Assembly (NCBI GenBank): GCA_004431415.1
Contig: QPMI01000375.1
Span: 1 to 45,007 of the forward strand
DNA: 45,007 nt
DNA from: Cyanophora paradoxa CCMP329
Lineage: Eukaryota; Plantae; Glaucophyta
Reading direction: 5' to 3'
Below, piece by piece: positions 11,445 through 27,540 of the stretch (position 1 is its first letter; each line of letters starts with the position of its first letter). The position numbers were made by a program, and so were the translations under genes. The notes beneath the pieces were generated by a model. It was not told the origin of the DNA. It saw only the letters and a list, made by a program, of their open reading frames with translations, and made no database searches.

Positions 11445-13231
11445 TCAGGAGGCCGGGAGGAGGCGGCGCTTGAGCTCGGCGTGGATGAGGTTGCGCTCGA
11501 GCTGCGTGCCGCCCAGCACGTCCTGCGGGGGCGAGCGGGCCCGGGGTGAGGCCCCGGGGGGCGCGGGGGGGCGGCTCGGGCGGGGCGGGGGGGCACCTTG
11601 TTCTCCTGGATGCGGCGGAGGAGGTAGGGGATGACGTCGCCGACGGGCCCGAAGGGGACGTACTTGGAGACCGAGAAGCCGCCCTTGCCCAGCGAGAGGC
11701 TCAGGTAGTCCGCCATCGAGAAGAGCTGCGCGAACTGCACCCGCCCGTCCCCCGCCCCGATCCCCACCTCCCGCATCAGCGCCACCGCCTTCTGCACCGA
11801 CCGCCGGTTGTGCGCTGCCCCCGCGTCAGGCCTGCGGGACGGGGCGGGGGCCGGCCCGGGGCGGACGCACAGGCGAGGCAGACGGCGGCGACGTCGGCGT
11901 TGCGGAGCATGAGCTCGACGCCCTCGTCGTAGGCGGCGTGCGTCTCCTCGATGGTCCCCCAGCACGGGCTCGGGTCCCCGCGCCGCGCCGCCCGCTCCCG
12001 CTCCGACACGATGTAGGCGCCCCGCACGAGCTTCGCCCCCAGGTGGAAGCCCCGCTCGCGGGCCTGCTGGAGCCCCAGCCTGAGCCGCGCCGGCGCGTCC
12101 TTCAGGTACCTGCCGCCGGCGCCTCAGCTGGGGGCCTCGGGGCGCCCCGGAGCGCTGCCGGCGGGCGCGGGCGCACATCTGGTAGGTGGTGTAGATGAGG
12201 GGCCGCTCCCTGTTGTAGCGCTCCATGAAGTGGAAGGCGACGTAGTCGATCGCCGCCTGCTGCGCGTGCCACTCCGCGTCGATGAGCAGCGGCACGCCCT
12301 CCCGCGCGCACGCCTCCGCGATCCGCTCCAGCCGCCCGAAGAGCCGCTCCACGGCCGCGAGCTCCTCCGCCGTCAGCGGCGGCGGCGCCGGCCGGTCGGG
12401 GGTCCCCGGGAGGACGGGCCCGAGGAAGGCGGCGGTGGGCTTGAGCCAGGGGACCTCGTGCTCGGGGTGCGCGGCCCGGTGCCGCAGGTGCGCCGTCATG
12501 CGCTCCAGGACAACGTGCGGCACGATGCCCGTGAGCTTCACGCACGCGAAGGAGAAGGCCCTGTTGGACGCCGAGAGCCGGACTGTGTCCACGACGGTCT
12601 GCGCGTTGCGGTCGCACGAGCCGTCGTCCAGCGCGTCCTCCACGGAGAAGTCTAGGATCGTCGACAGGCCCTTCTCGTACAGCTCCTCCACCTTCGGCAT
12701 GCTCTCCCCGATCGTCTCCCCGGAGCAGAAGTGGCGGAAGAAAGTCTGCGCCCCCATACGTGAGCAACGCCGGGCGCGCGCGCCGGCCCGGGATCAAATC
12801 GCACGTGTTTGACGACAAAGAGGGACGGGCTGAGGTGAGCGGGGAAGATCTTGCGGTCTAGATCAAGCACCTGACAGCCAACTCAGCGGTGCCCTCCCGC
12901 GCGCGCGCGGGGAGGGCACCTTTGGGCCGAGCGCGAGAACCCACTTCTTCGAGCAGAGCCCCAGGATCGCCGCCGCGAAAAGAAGCTTGCTTGTGGGAGT
13001 GCTGCCAAAGACACCATCGAATTTCTCGAAGTCCGGTTGCTGGCTGGACGACGCTCGGCTGGCGGAAGGCTCGGGGTGCGCGAGTTCGGGCGAGGAAGGG
13101 TCCACCGCCACGCCAACTGGTGGCGCACGCTCGCCTCTGCTGCTGCGCGGCATCCCATGGACTGCAGATGCGTGCAGACGGGCCGCCGTTGGCGCGCGTG
13201 CCTGCCTTGCTGTGTGAAAGACTGCACGCAT
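11445..13231 (-). CDS. PRODH: Proline dehydrogenase, mitochondrial (multi-exon)
   Basis: Motifs TFFRHFCSGET, ILDFSVE, CVKLTG, LLIDAE, YTTYQMYLKD, KLVRGAY, ASHN, FAQLFSMAD and KYVPFGPVGDVIPYLLRRIQEN. The Arg/Ala-rich N-terminus MRAVFHTARQARA looks like a mitochondrial presequence. Confidence 0.95.
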
Positions 13232-13702
13232 TGCTTCGCTTGGCCTCGCTGGCCTCGCTGGCCGGTGCAAAATGAGCCTACTTGTTGCGTACATCAATGT
13301 TACGCGCTGGACGTGGCTCGCCTCGCCAAGTTGAAAACCGCCCCTTTATACGCACGTTTTCGTGGAGAGGCGCCCTGTTGGGGGTATCGTGTTTCCTGCC
13401 GCTCCTTCCCCCCTCGCTTCGTGCGCACAGCTAGCTGCCGCGCACGCGACGGGTTGCACACGTACAGCGGCGTTTACGGCGGCGAGGTGAACGACTTGAA
13501 CGACTCAGCTGTACTTGGCGGGCATGCGCAGCGTGCACAGCGGCACTAAGTATGCGCAGAGCACAGTAACATGCGCATGATCACGTCCGGCGCCGTACAC
13601 GTACGCGTCGACGCGTACGTCAACGTCATTGCCGCGTCTGCTCTGATCGTAACTTGGCCGCCGCAGGGCCGACTAGGCAACGGACTCTGGCCGGGGGTGC
13701 GC

Positions 13703-15330
13703 TCAGGGCGTGGGGACGTCGGCGCCGGACCGGAGGCGGGGCAGGAGGCCGCTGGCTCCCTGCGGGCCGAGGGGGTCCCCGGCCGCCACCTGCGCACCGC
13801 GAGCTCAGGGCGCAGCCCAAGGGGAGGGCGAGGTCGTGCAGGCTTCGGAGGGGTACCTGGGCGCCGACGCCCGCCTGGAATGCCTTGAAGATCTGCGGAG
13901 AGGGGGAGGCTCAGGCGCTGGGGGGAAGCGGACAGGGGAAGGAAGGTTCACCTCGCCGAACGCCATCACGTTGACGGGGCGCGCCTCCTGCCAGCGCGCG
14001 TACAGGCGAACGAAGGCGCGGCAGTAGATCTGGGGGGGGGGGTACGCGTTGAGGGGAGGGGGGGGCAAGGGCCGGGGGCGGGCGCACCTCGTGAAAGGCA
14101 CGCAGGGAGCCCTCGGCGTCTGCAGGAGCGGAGAGATGAGGAAGGCGAGGACCGACCGGCCGGGGACGGACTCTCGTGGTAGAAGTAGACGGAGAGGGTG
14201 CGCTCGTCCAGGAGGGAGAGGCAGAACGACGTCAAGTTGATCCCCGTGATCGCCTGGGGGTTGGGGGGTACTCCGTCAGTTGAGGGCTGGGGCAGCGAGG
14301 CGGGGAAAAGAGCGGGGGGCTGAGCACAAAGGGGAGTACGGGGTCGGAGCAGATGGAGCGGGCCTGCTTCGAATCCATCTTGGCGAAGTAGATCTGGAGG
14401 CAAAGGATGAGGAGAGGGGGGTACAGCATGCCGTAGAGGGGTGCGGGGGAGGGGGAACCAGGTTAAGGAGGCCGAGAATGCCCATGCCTCTGAAGTCGGT
14501 TGCGGGGTCCTTTCCCTGGAAGCCTGCGTGGGGCACGGGTCGGGAAAGCGGACGGGTAGAAGGCCCTTTTCGGGGGCCGCACCGATCTCGCCCCACTCGC
14601 TGGTGAAGCGGCCGCCGTTGCGGCGCACGTCGGGCCGGAGCAGGCCTGGGGTGCGCGCGTAGGGTCAAAGGGGGGTCTGGGGAGAGGGAGCCCGCCAGCG
14701 TACCCCAGAGCTCCTCGAGGAGGCCCTCGTGCTCTGCGTTGGCCGAGTCGTACGCTGTGCGCGCCAGCGCGCGGATTGACGCCCGCGCGATGTTCGCGTT
14801 GCGCACGCGCGCGAGGCAGTCCCGCAGCGGCGCCTGCAGGAGGCGGTGAGGCGCGCGACTCTCCTAGGGGGCCTCGCGCAGGCGCGCGGACCTCGATCGC
14901 GGCCCGCGCAGGCCCGCGGATGCCCTTCGCTGCGCAGATCGCATCAAGCACCTGCGGGCTCGAGATGATCATGCAGGCGGGCCGCCAGCTCGAGCTGCAG
15001 GCCGAAAGTTCGAACCTCGTCCGTATGGAAGTCGGCGGTCATGAGGGCGCGGCGGACGGCGGACATTCCGCGAGCTGACGAGAATGCGATGGCCAGCTCG
15101 ACGGCCGCGACCACAGCGCGGTCGGCGCGCTTCTCCTTTCCCGTGGCCGCGCGCAGGCACAGCCTCTCGATCTCGCATTGTCCGGAGAGCAGGCGTAGAA
15201 CGAATTTGATGCACTTGTACGCCCGGGAGCGCCTGGGAACGTGGGCGAGCGCAAGCTCGAAAGTGCCCGCGCTGCGGAGGAAGAGGGCAGCGCCAGCGAC
15301 CGCCGCTCCTATCCAAAAGGCCCAGAACAT
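13703..15330 (-). CDS. ELMOD: ELMO/CED-12 domain protein (ELMOD family ARF/ARL GAP), multi-exon
   Basis: Signature GFQGKDPATDFRGMGILGLLNL, plus YDSANAEHEGLLEELW, AITGINLT, CEIERLC and a C-terminal VNVMAF..IF. The N-terminus is hydrophobic. Confidence 0.9.
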
Positions 15331-15596
15331 CGTGACGCCTGGCCGCGCCTTAAGGTCGTTCGGCGTCTACTCCAGGAATGAAGTAGTTGGGCGGTATAGC
15401 CGGCGCTCGGCGGCCGAGCCAGCCTTTACGTACAGGGCTTGCGACGTTGAACGAGGCGCCTGGAAGCACGCTGCTAGCTGGTGCAAAACCCCGAAAGCGT
15501 CGAAAGGGGGTAGAGGCACTTCATTCGCGCTTGGACACGGACCCTAGGCCTGTCAAAGCGCAACAGCAGCAGACCGATGCGCGAGCACCGATAGCG

Positions 15597-18378
15597 ATGC
15601 GAGGGGCGCGGCCGGCGTGGCTGGCGCTCCTGGTGGCCTGCGCGATCCGCGTGGCGCTGGCCGGCATTTCGCTCGATGCGAGGTGCTCGTTCGAGCTTGA
15701 GCCCGCCCAGCACCGCACCTTCGGCGTCGGACCGTGTCCCTGCGAGTTCAGGTGCGCTTCTGATCCGCCGCTCGCCGCCGGGAGGCCGACACGCGCCTGG
15801 CGCGGCGTGCAGGACGAACCTGTGGCTCGAGGAGGGACCGCGGGATGCCCTGAGGGCGTACGCAGTCGACAGCCGCGGCGCGCGGAAGTACAGAACGAGC
15901 GGCGACGTCGAGGCGCACACCGCAGCGACGCACAGGCCCGCCCGCCCTGCGCCCGGCGGCCTCGCTGCACAGGGCCCACCCGGCCCGCAGGAAGGGCTGG
16001 CACACTTTCTACGGCGAGCGACTCTACCTGATCGTGGTGAGATCGCCCGCGCAGACGCCTGCGGCCGCGCCGGCCGCTGAGGCGCGCGGGGCCGGCAGGC
16101 GAACGAGGGGACGGAGCGGATGCGCGTGGGGCTGGAGCTGGCGGCGGAGACGGCCGGTGGGGGACGGCTCTCCGGCGCGGGCCTCGGGGAGGAGGGGGAG
16201 AGGGACGTCTGCGCCCTCTACGAGGCCCGCGGCACGGACGACTTCCTGCTGGAGCCGGCGCCCCCGCCCGCCCCGCGCCGCCCCCGCCCCGCCCCCGCCT
16301 CCGAGGCCGAGGAGGCCGACGAGGCGGACGACGGGTACAGGGCCGCCGGCTACTGCGGCGAGTGGCACGCGGCGTTCGCGCGGCGGCAGGCGGCGCTGCG
16401 GGCGGAGTTCCTCCCGGGAGGGGTACAGCCGCTTCCTGGCCCCGCGGAGGCGGAGTCCGCCGGGGCCCTCCTCCCCGCGAACGCGTCGGAGGCGTTCGCG
16501 CGGTGCGCCCCGCCGCCCGCCGCCCCCAGCGACGCCCAGGCCCGAGCCGGCGCCGCGCCAGGAGAGCGGCGGTGTACGTGTGCGCCGGCGTCTGCGGCGG
16601 CTTCGGCGACCGCGTCCTCGGCGCCGCGTCCGTCTTCCTCGTCGCCCTCCTCACCGACCGGCGCGCACGTGCCCCCCTCTCACTTCCCCCCCTCCGCTCC
16701 GGCCTGAGCCTCCCGGGGTACAGAGCGTTCTTCATCGACTGGACGCGCCCCTCGAACGCATCGTCGTTTCTGGAGGGGTACGTGGACTGGGAGGCCACCC
16801 CCGACCTCCAGGTCCTCGTTGCATTCTTGTCCTGGCCCCGGCCCTTCCTGAAGCCTCTACCCCGGCAGGCAGCGCTGCGGCGGGAGGAGGGATACCGCTC
16901 CGTCAATCTCATCGACTCGTGGGACATCCATGACGTACCCCCCTCCCTGCTCCTGCCTACCCCTCCCCCAACCTTCGGCGCAGCGGCTTGCGGCGGCGGA
17001 GGACCTGGACGCATTCTTCGGGGCCGTCTCCTTCGTCCAGGTACCCCCCCGCCCCAGAAACACTTCCACTCCACCTAGCATTCGTATGTCTTCGAAGACG
17101 CGTCGCTGAGCATTCCACGGCTCCGGCATGTCGCAATCCCCGGCTGTCTCTTTGACTTGCCGCCTCAGACGAACTACTACCTCTACGACGCGCTGCGGCG
17201 GAACGCCGTGTACGGCCCGCGCCTCCGCGCCCTCGGTCTGGGCCGCAGGCGCGCCGCGAACCCTCCTCCTGTGCTTTACGTGCTTGAGCTTCCTAAGCCT
17301 CTGAGCTCCCGCAGCTCGGCGCACGCCTTCTCGTGCATCGCGCGGTACCTCTTCCGGCCCCGGCCCCAGGCCCGCCCTCCCCTCCCGCCCCTCTGCTAAC
17401 CCTCGTGTTCTTGGCGGCGTCTGAGGGAGCGCAGGTGGCGGCAGCGGCGCGGCGGGCGGCGGCGGCGCTCGACTCCGCCCCCTTCGTCCTCGGCATCCAG
17501 GTGCGGGGGGCGCGCCCTCGGCCCTCGGCCGTGGGCGGCGGGAGGCGAGGGGCGGCGGGGCCAGGTGCGGACGGGGGGGGACGGGCGGTGGCCGGAGGGG
17601 TGGACACCCCCCTTCCGCCTCGAGGACATCCTCGCCTGCGCCGAGGCCCGCCCCCGCCCCGCTCCGCCCCCCTCGCTGTGACGCCGCCCGGCCCGCAGGC
17701 GGTGACGGAGCAGTACGCCGGCGGCCTCGCCGCGCGCCGCGGGCTTTCCCTCGAGGCGGCCCGCGCCCAGGTTCGCCCGGCGCCCCGGCGGCCCCTCCTC
17801 ACGGCTCCGGGCGAGCGCGGGGGCGAGCCCGGCCCGTCGTCACCCCCCTCGCCACGCAGGTGCGGTGGGCGGTGGCGGCCGACTCGCCGCGCCTCCTCGA
17901 GAGGCTCCGCGCCACCTACGGCGAGCGGTGCCGCCCCGCCCGGCCTCTCCGCGCTGCGAGCTTCAGCTGAGGCGGGGGCAGGGTGGTGACGGCGGCGGGC
18001 CCGATCGCGCACATCGAGCTGAGCGGGCCCGGGGAGGCGGCGGCGGCGATGGAGCGCCTCCTCGCCGACGTCGCCCTCCTCGCCCGCGCCGACCAGGTGT
18101 TCGCTTTTGTTACGAGCGTTGGCATCTGGGCTCGCGCCCGCGCGCGCCTGACGCGGGGCAGCTGCTGATCATGGACTCGAACCTGGGGCGGATCGCGGCC
18201 TTCGTGGGGGCAGGGCCCCACACCGCCCGCATCCTCTACCACGGCGGCGACCAGGCCCGACCCGCCCCGCCGCTCTTCCCACCCTTCCCCTTCCTCACCC
18301 CCCGGGGCGCAGTGCGCGCACTTCCCGCCCCGCTACATCCTGGCCAAGCAGTGGGTCCCCGTCAGGCCCGGCGGCTAG
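15597..18378 (+). CDS. Secretory-pathway GT-B fucosyltransferase-like glycosyltransferase (GT23/GT37-like), multi-exon
   Basis: Signal peptide MRGARPAWLALLVACAIRVALA. Motifs typical of the alpha-1,2/1,6-fucosyltransferase superfamily: CGGFGDRVLGAASVFLVALLTDRAFFIDW, AFSCIARYLFRP, LGIQVRTGG, ADSP and LADVALLARADQLLIMDSNLGRIAA. Confidence 0.75.
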
Positions 18379-18566
18379 TACGCCCCAAGAGCCCCCGCGC
18401 CGCCTTCCCTCCGCCACCCCCTCGCCGTCTGCAGCCGGCGGGCGCGCCCCCAGCCCCAGTGGAACGTTAGTAGCCTAGCAAACTTGTTGTACCTTTATAC
18501 TCATCAGCTCTGGTTCACGGGTCCAGCGACTCGGCAGGCGGGGCGTGGAGCAGCGCGGGGGCGGGC

Positions 18567-19906
18567 CTAGGAGACTTCGGTGCCGAGGACCTCGACGACG
18601 GCCGCCCCGCGGCTCGCCTCCCGCAGCGCCCCCTCGAACGCCTCGAACGCTGCCTGCGACCGCCGGGCGCCTCAGCGACCCGGCGAGTGCGGCGGGGCCC
18701 TGCCGGGCTGAGGGGGCTGTGCGCGCCCGCTCGACGAGGAGGCGGACGGTGACGGCGCCCTCGCCATACTCCGCCTCCTCCTTTCCCATCGGCCCGTGCT
18801 GCCCCCGGCCCCGCGTTGGAATTCCTGGGGCGAGGGGGGGGGGGGGGGGGGGGGGGGGGTGCTGCCGGCACCGCCTCGATGAGGTTGTACAGGGTGCCCA
18901 TCAGGTCGAAGCCGACCTGCGAGGGGGGGGGAGTGGCGTGGGCGCAGGGAGCGCCGCGGGGAGAAGCTGCGCGGGAGCACCTGCACGGAGACGCGGAGCT
19001 TCGGCGTGAGGACGCGCTTCGGGGCCTGGCGGAGGCACTCGGCCGCCGTCCCCCCGTAGGCGCGGACGAGGCCGCCGGCCCCCAGCTGCGCGAGCTCAGA
19101 GCGGTGCCGGCCGGCTCGGGCTGGAGTGGACCTTGATGCCGCCGAAGAAGCGCACTACGAGCACGGCGACGTCCGTGAGGCCCTGGCCCTCGATCGCTGC
19201 CAGGATCGGGCGCCCCTGCGCGCGCACACGCCCTCGTAAGCCCCGGCCGCAGCGCCGGCCCCGCGCTCGATCGCACCGCCGTCCCGCCAGGCTCCCCATC
19301 ATCATTGAACTTCACAATGTTGTCACCGATCTTGTAGGCCTGCCGCCCGCACCGGTGAGCCCGTCCCAGCTATAGCTAAGCGCTAGCGTGGGCGAGCGAG
19401 GCGGACCCAGCAGTTGTGCCTCGCCTCCGGATCGCGCACGCTCTCGAAGAACGCCAGCGCATCCTCTGGCGACGAGCACGGCGCCGCGCTGCTCGCGCGT
19501 TAGCGCGACCGGTCTACGTCACCTGCTCTCGCGCTGCGCTGCGACATCACCAGGCGATGAATGTAGACTTCTTGATGACATCCGTGTGCGAGTGCGGAGC
19601 GGCGAGCGTCGTGCGCTCGTCGCCTGCGCCGTCCGAGCTCGAGGGCGCCAGCCTTCCCGCAGCTGGTCCCGCGGCTCCCGCGAAGCTCCGCGCGCGCGCA
19701 CTCGCCGTGAAGGCTAATGCTGCCGCGTCTTTCCTGGCACCGCACGAGGCGAGCCGGAGCCGACTACTAGGAAGATGCGCGACCGCGTGCCGCAGAGCCA
19801 GCGCTGCAGGATCAGATCAAATGCTGCTGCTGCGGCCGTCGATCGCTGCTGCTGCGCATGCGATCGCTGATCTTCGACTTCGCCGCCGAATTCCGCTACC
19901 CCGCAT
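18567..19906 (-). CDS. IMPACT/YigZ (UPF0029) family protein with probable organellar presequence (multi-exon)
   Basis: Motifs [30 protein letters not shown] and [21 protein letters not shown]. Predicted N-terminus [27 protein letters not shown] comes from a 7-nt coding first exon. The start position is inferred. Confidence 0.88.
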
Positions 19907-20106
19907 CGAAGCCGAGCCTGCCGAGGCTGCTGCCGAGCTCGCGCCCAGAGAGCTCGCACGGAAGCCCACAATAGAACGCAATGTCTCGCGCGGATCGCCC
20001 CCATCCCGTACGCGCGCCCGCGCGCCGCTGCACCCTTGCTCTCGCGCTGACATCCATACCAGGAGGATTGTGAGCACGCCCCGCGCGCTTCTTGGCGCGC
20101 TTTTAG

Positions 20107-20915
20107 ATGCCTAGGAGCGTGAGAAGAGACGGTCAGAGGCGAGCGGCTTCGCCGCGCGGCACCGCGCTTGTCTTTCCCGTGCTCCGACCGCCAGTCCTTC
20201 CGCGCCTCGGCCACCACATCGCCACTGGCGCGCCTGTGCCGCACAGGGAAAATTGTCTGATCGATATCCCCGCTTGCATCGCAGACGCGGAGCTCTCCGA
20301 TGAGGACATCAAGCAGGTGCGCGTGGGTGCCGCGCCGCTTGCATTGAAGGGCTAAAGATCCTTACACTTACGGCCCGACGGCGGCGCTGCCCGCGGCCTT
20401 TTCAAGGGAGCAAGCTTGAATCTTCGCGCGCAATGGCGATGGGAGACGCGAGCAGATCTAGACCTAGCGTTGCAGGAAGCTCTGCAGCTGATGCCGGTAC
20501 TCGCAGTTAGCACACGAACGTGCCCTTTCGACGGGGAAAAACGAGAGCCGGTGCGCTCCCGGCCCGCCGCTCCCTCGAGCTCGGCGCCCGCGGTGCTTGC
20601 ATGCCGACGGCCGGGCAGCATCCTGGCGGGGATGAAGGCCACCCGGACGCGCTGCTCCGAGGGCATTCCGCAGCCCGGCACGCCGAAAAAGGAAACTAAA
20701 TGTGAGATCAAATTTTCGTCGTGCCTCGCTCTAGATCTAGAGCTGCCAATCGCAAGTCTGACTCTGGCGCCCCCCGCGTAGCCGCGGCGGAGGGGACGGC
20801 GAAGACGACGAAAGCGGCGGCGAAGGGCAAGGCCAAGGGCCGCGGGAAGAAGAAGGCCGAGCCCGAAGAGGAGGAGGAGGAGGAGGGCGAGGAGGGCGAG
20901 GAGAACGTCGCCTGA
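20107..20915 (+). CDS. Small (~105 aa) hydrophilic protein, paralogue A (Lys-rich then acidic tail)
   Basis: Five exons splice to MPRSVRRDDAELSDEDIKQLAHERALSTGKNESRILAGMKATRTRCSEGIPQPGTPKKETKSAAEGTAKTTKAAAKGKAKGRGKKKAEPEEEEEEEGEEGEENVA*. This aligns exon by exon with the inverted copy at 26449-27078. Confidence 0.7.
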
Positions 20916-21206
20916 GCGCGCGACTCGAATTCGATTTGGCCTGCTTCTCTGTGATCTCATCGGCTGCAGCTGCAGGGCCCCGCGCTTTCATTGATGTATA
21001 TAGCTTAAGCTTTTAAAGCACTCGTGATTTTCGCACGATGTAGCGCGTATTTAAAATAGCGTTGCGCGCGCATTACACGGCGTTTCGTTTCGTGGCTCGG
21101 GAACGAACAACGACTGCAAAATCAGTTTACACGGGCCTCGCACCGACAGACGCGCACTGCGGGGGACGGACGGACGGGAGGGCGGGAAGGTACTTGTACA
21201 GGGCCC

Positions 21207-24817
<3,611 letters not shown>

Positions 24818-24896
24818 CGGCCGCAGGCCCGCAGCACGCAGGGGGGTAGTGTGCAAATCGAGGCAAGTCAGCAGTTTCTAGCTCGACAGATTCCAA
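24818..24896. promoter_or_regulatory. Putative minimal bidirectional promoter between FtsH4 and TPI
   Basis: Only 79 nt separate the inferred divergent start codons, and the segment is locally A/T-richer. Confidence 0.5.
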
Positions 24897-25821
24897 ATGG
24901 CACACAAGCGGAAGGTGAGCGACGCAGAGCTTAAGCGAGTGGTGACTTCCGTCCCTCCACCCCCGGACGCAGCCTGACGTCGCGCGCGTCCGCGTCGGCG
25001 CAGTTCTTCGTCGGCGGCAACTGGAAGTGCAACGGGACGGTTGCTTCCATTAAGTCCCTTGTCGACGCGCTCAATGCCGGCTCCATCCCGCCCGCGGACA
25101 AGGTCGAAGTCGTCGTCGCGCCGACCTACGTCCACCTCTCGCACGTGAAGGGCATCATCCGCCCCGAGATCGCGGTGTCGGCGCAGGACATCTGGTACGA
25201 GAAGAGCGGCGCGTTCACGGGCGCCATCAGCGCGGACCAGGTCAAGGACCTCGGCCTCAACTGGACTATCATCGGCCATTCCGAACGGCGCTCCGTGTTC
25301 AAGGATACCGACGAGATCATTGCCAAGAAGACGAAGGCGGCGCTGGACGCGGGCCTGCACGTCATCGCGTGCATTGGCGAGCTGCTCTCGGAGCGCAAGG
25401 AGGGCAAGACGCTCGAGGTGTGCCTGCGGCAGCTTGAGGCGTACAAGTCCGTCGTCGGCAGCGACTGGTCGAAGATCGTCATCGCGTACGAGCCGGTCTG
25501 GGCCATCGGCACCGGCGTGACGGCGTCGCCCGAACAGGCGGAGGAGGTGCATGCCGAGCTGCGCAAGTGGCTCAAGGGCATCTCGGACAGCGTTGCGGAT
25601 ACCACGCGCATCCTGTACGGCGGCTCCGTCACCGCCGCGAACGCGGCCGAGCTCGCGTCGAAGCCGAATGTCGACGGCTTCCTCGTCGGCGGCGCTTCCC
25701 TCAAGGGCCCCGACTTCCTCACCATCATCAACTCCGTGAGCCTCTTTTCCGTCCCGGCGCTTCCTTTCCCTCGCCCTCCTTCGCTCATCGGTCGTCTCGG
25801 CAGGCGAAGTACATCGACTAA
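24897..25821 (+). CDS. TPI: Triosephosphate isomerase, cytosolic-type (3 exons)
   Basis: MAHKRK|FFVGGNWKCNG, IIGHSERR, AYEPVWAIGTG, ILYGGSV and DGFLVGGASLK, ending INS|AKYID*. Introns at about 24915-25003 and 25736-25803. No transit peptide. Confidence 0.98.
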
Positions 25822-26448
25822 GCTCGGTGGCTTCCTCGTCTCTCCTTTCTTCCTTGCTTTTGTATGGGGCTGAAGCGTAATTATCTTCAACAGTTCTCAT
25901 TCCTTCTCCAGCGACGGGGAGGACAGAGCTTGGCCCGGGCGGGGTGGGCCAGATGGCTAGCGCTAGCGGGCCAGATTATTCACACGTCGACAGCGCGGGC
26001 CAGGACGCCCCCCGGGACGCATATAGCGGGCCGGGCTACTTTCACGAGACTTCACGAGTTGCAACCAACGCCCCTAGCTCCGGGATGGCCGAATATGCAG
26101 CGCATTAATATTGATAGCACAGACAGACTAGCTATAGCTGCGCACTGCGGCATTCTGTCGTTTTCCATGCACTGTGATCATGATAACACGGGCATACTAG
26201 CTGCGGACTACGCAAGAGCTAGAAGCGGCGGTGCTACCTACGGGGCGACAAGCTGCGGACGACGCAGTCAGGGCCCTCTGAAGGGAGGGAATTCGACATC
26301 GTTATCGCAGCTGCCAGTTCACGCGTATTCGAAATCGTAATCGAGCTCGATCGAGATATGCACAGGGAAAATATCTATTTACAGCGTCTCGACTTGGCCT
26401 GCCAGCGCTCAAACGGGGCAGCCGGGAGCAGGTCGCCGCGCGAGCGCT

Positions 26449-27078
26449 TTACTCGAGGTCGCCACCGGCCTCCATCTTCTTCTCGTCGGCGAGCTCCTCC
26501 TCGTCCTCCGCCTCGGCCTCTTCGTCCGCCTGCGGATTGTAGTCCTCGTCCTTCTCACCCTGGTTGATGAAGCGCGGGTTCCTTCGGCGGAAGCACGCGT
26601 GAGCGGCGACGCGAAAGCATAGCTAGCGCCGGAAAAACGCATGCGCACTGGTGATCGGACTTGCGTGTGCCAGGCTGCGCAATGCCCTCCGCGCAGCGCG
26701 TCCGGGTTGCCTTCATCCCGCCCCGAATGCTGCCGGGCCGTCGGCATGCTAGACCACGGGCGCCAAGCGAGAGGGGCCGCGGCCAGGGCAGGGAGTACCG
26801 GCTCTCATCCTTCCCGGTCTCCATGGCCCTCTCGTGTGCCTGAGGGCCGGATAAGAGCGGGCGCAGGGGACAAAGCGAAGCAACAAAGGCCCTACCATCT
26901 TGTCGATCTCCTCATCGGACTTGTTGCAGTCTGCGGGCGCGCGTCGCAGTAGCGCGTGCGCTCAGGTCAGCGCTTCAGCGTTCGAAGGCCGCGCCGAAAA
27001 TCGAAAGCTCGGCGCAAGGGAGGCGTCGCGCGGCGAAGCCGCTCGCCTCTGGCCGTCTCTTCTCGCGCTCTTAGGCAT
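26449..27078 (-). CDS. Small (~100 aa) hydrophilic protein, paralogue B (acidic tail)
   Basis: Exons splice to MPKSARRDDCNKSDEEIDKMAHERAMETGKDESRIRGGMKATRTRCAEGIAQPGTRKSDHQNPRFINQGEKDEDYNPQADEEAEAEDEEELADEKKMEAGGDLE*. It is homologous to 20107-20915. Confidence 0.7.
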
Positions 27079-27540
27079 CTAAAAGCGCGCCACGAAGCGC
27101 GCGGGGCGTGCGCGGCCCCGACATCCATATCATGGCGAATTATAACCGTTAAGAAATAGAGAAAAGCGCAAGGCGAGTGCGCGGCGGCGCGCGGGAGGGG
27201 CGCACACTCGTCCTACGCGCAGTGCAGTCAGCGCGCGCGCTGCGATGGCGGGAGCAGGGGCGCACCGGGTGCGGCGCATTCTTAGAGTGCGGCATGGTAC
27301 GTCTCAGGCCTGGATCGTTGGATTTGCCGTGTGAAATCGATGTACAGCGAGCTGCAAAATCAGTGCAAATTTCCAGGAGGGGTACCGGTAGAGCCTGATC
27401 AATAGCAACCGCTGCAAGTTCGGCGCGGCTCCGAGCTCGGAATGGCGCGCAGCGTCCCTAGCCTTTTAACGCGACCTTGAAGGGGCCACTTATCCGGGCG
27501 CGGCCCTCCACATCCGCGCGGAACATCAGCGCCCACAGCC

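Noticed and set aside
8256-18378. Haloperoxidase, proline dehydrogenase and glycosyltransferase as a halogenated-pyrrole biosynthetic cluster
   Set aside because: PRODH is an ordinary mitochondrial catabolic type, and there is no adenylation, carrier-protein or PKS/NRPS gene. The neighbours are unrelated housekeeping genes.
24878-25900. Two long antisense ORFs (340 and 254 aa) over TPI
   Set aside because: These are typical shadow frames of a gene with strong GC3 codon bias.
25864-26340. 158-aa ORF downstream of TPI
   Set aside because: It has no exon-like codon bias or motifs and lies in the 3' UTR/intergenic space between convergent genes.
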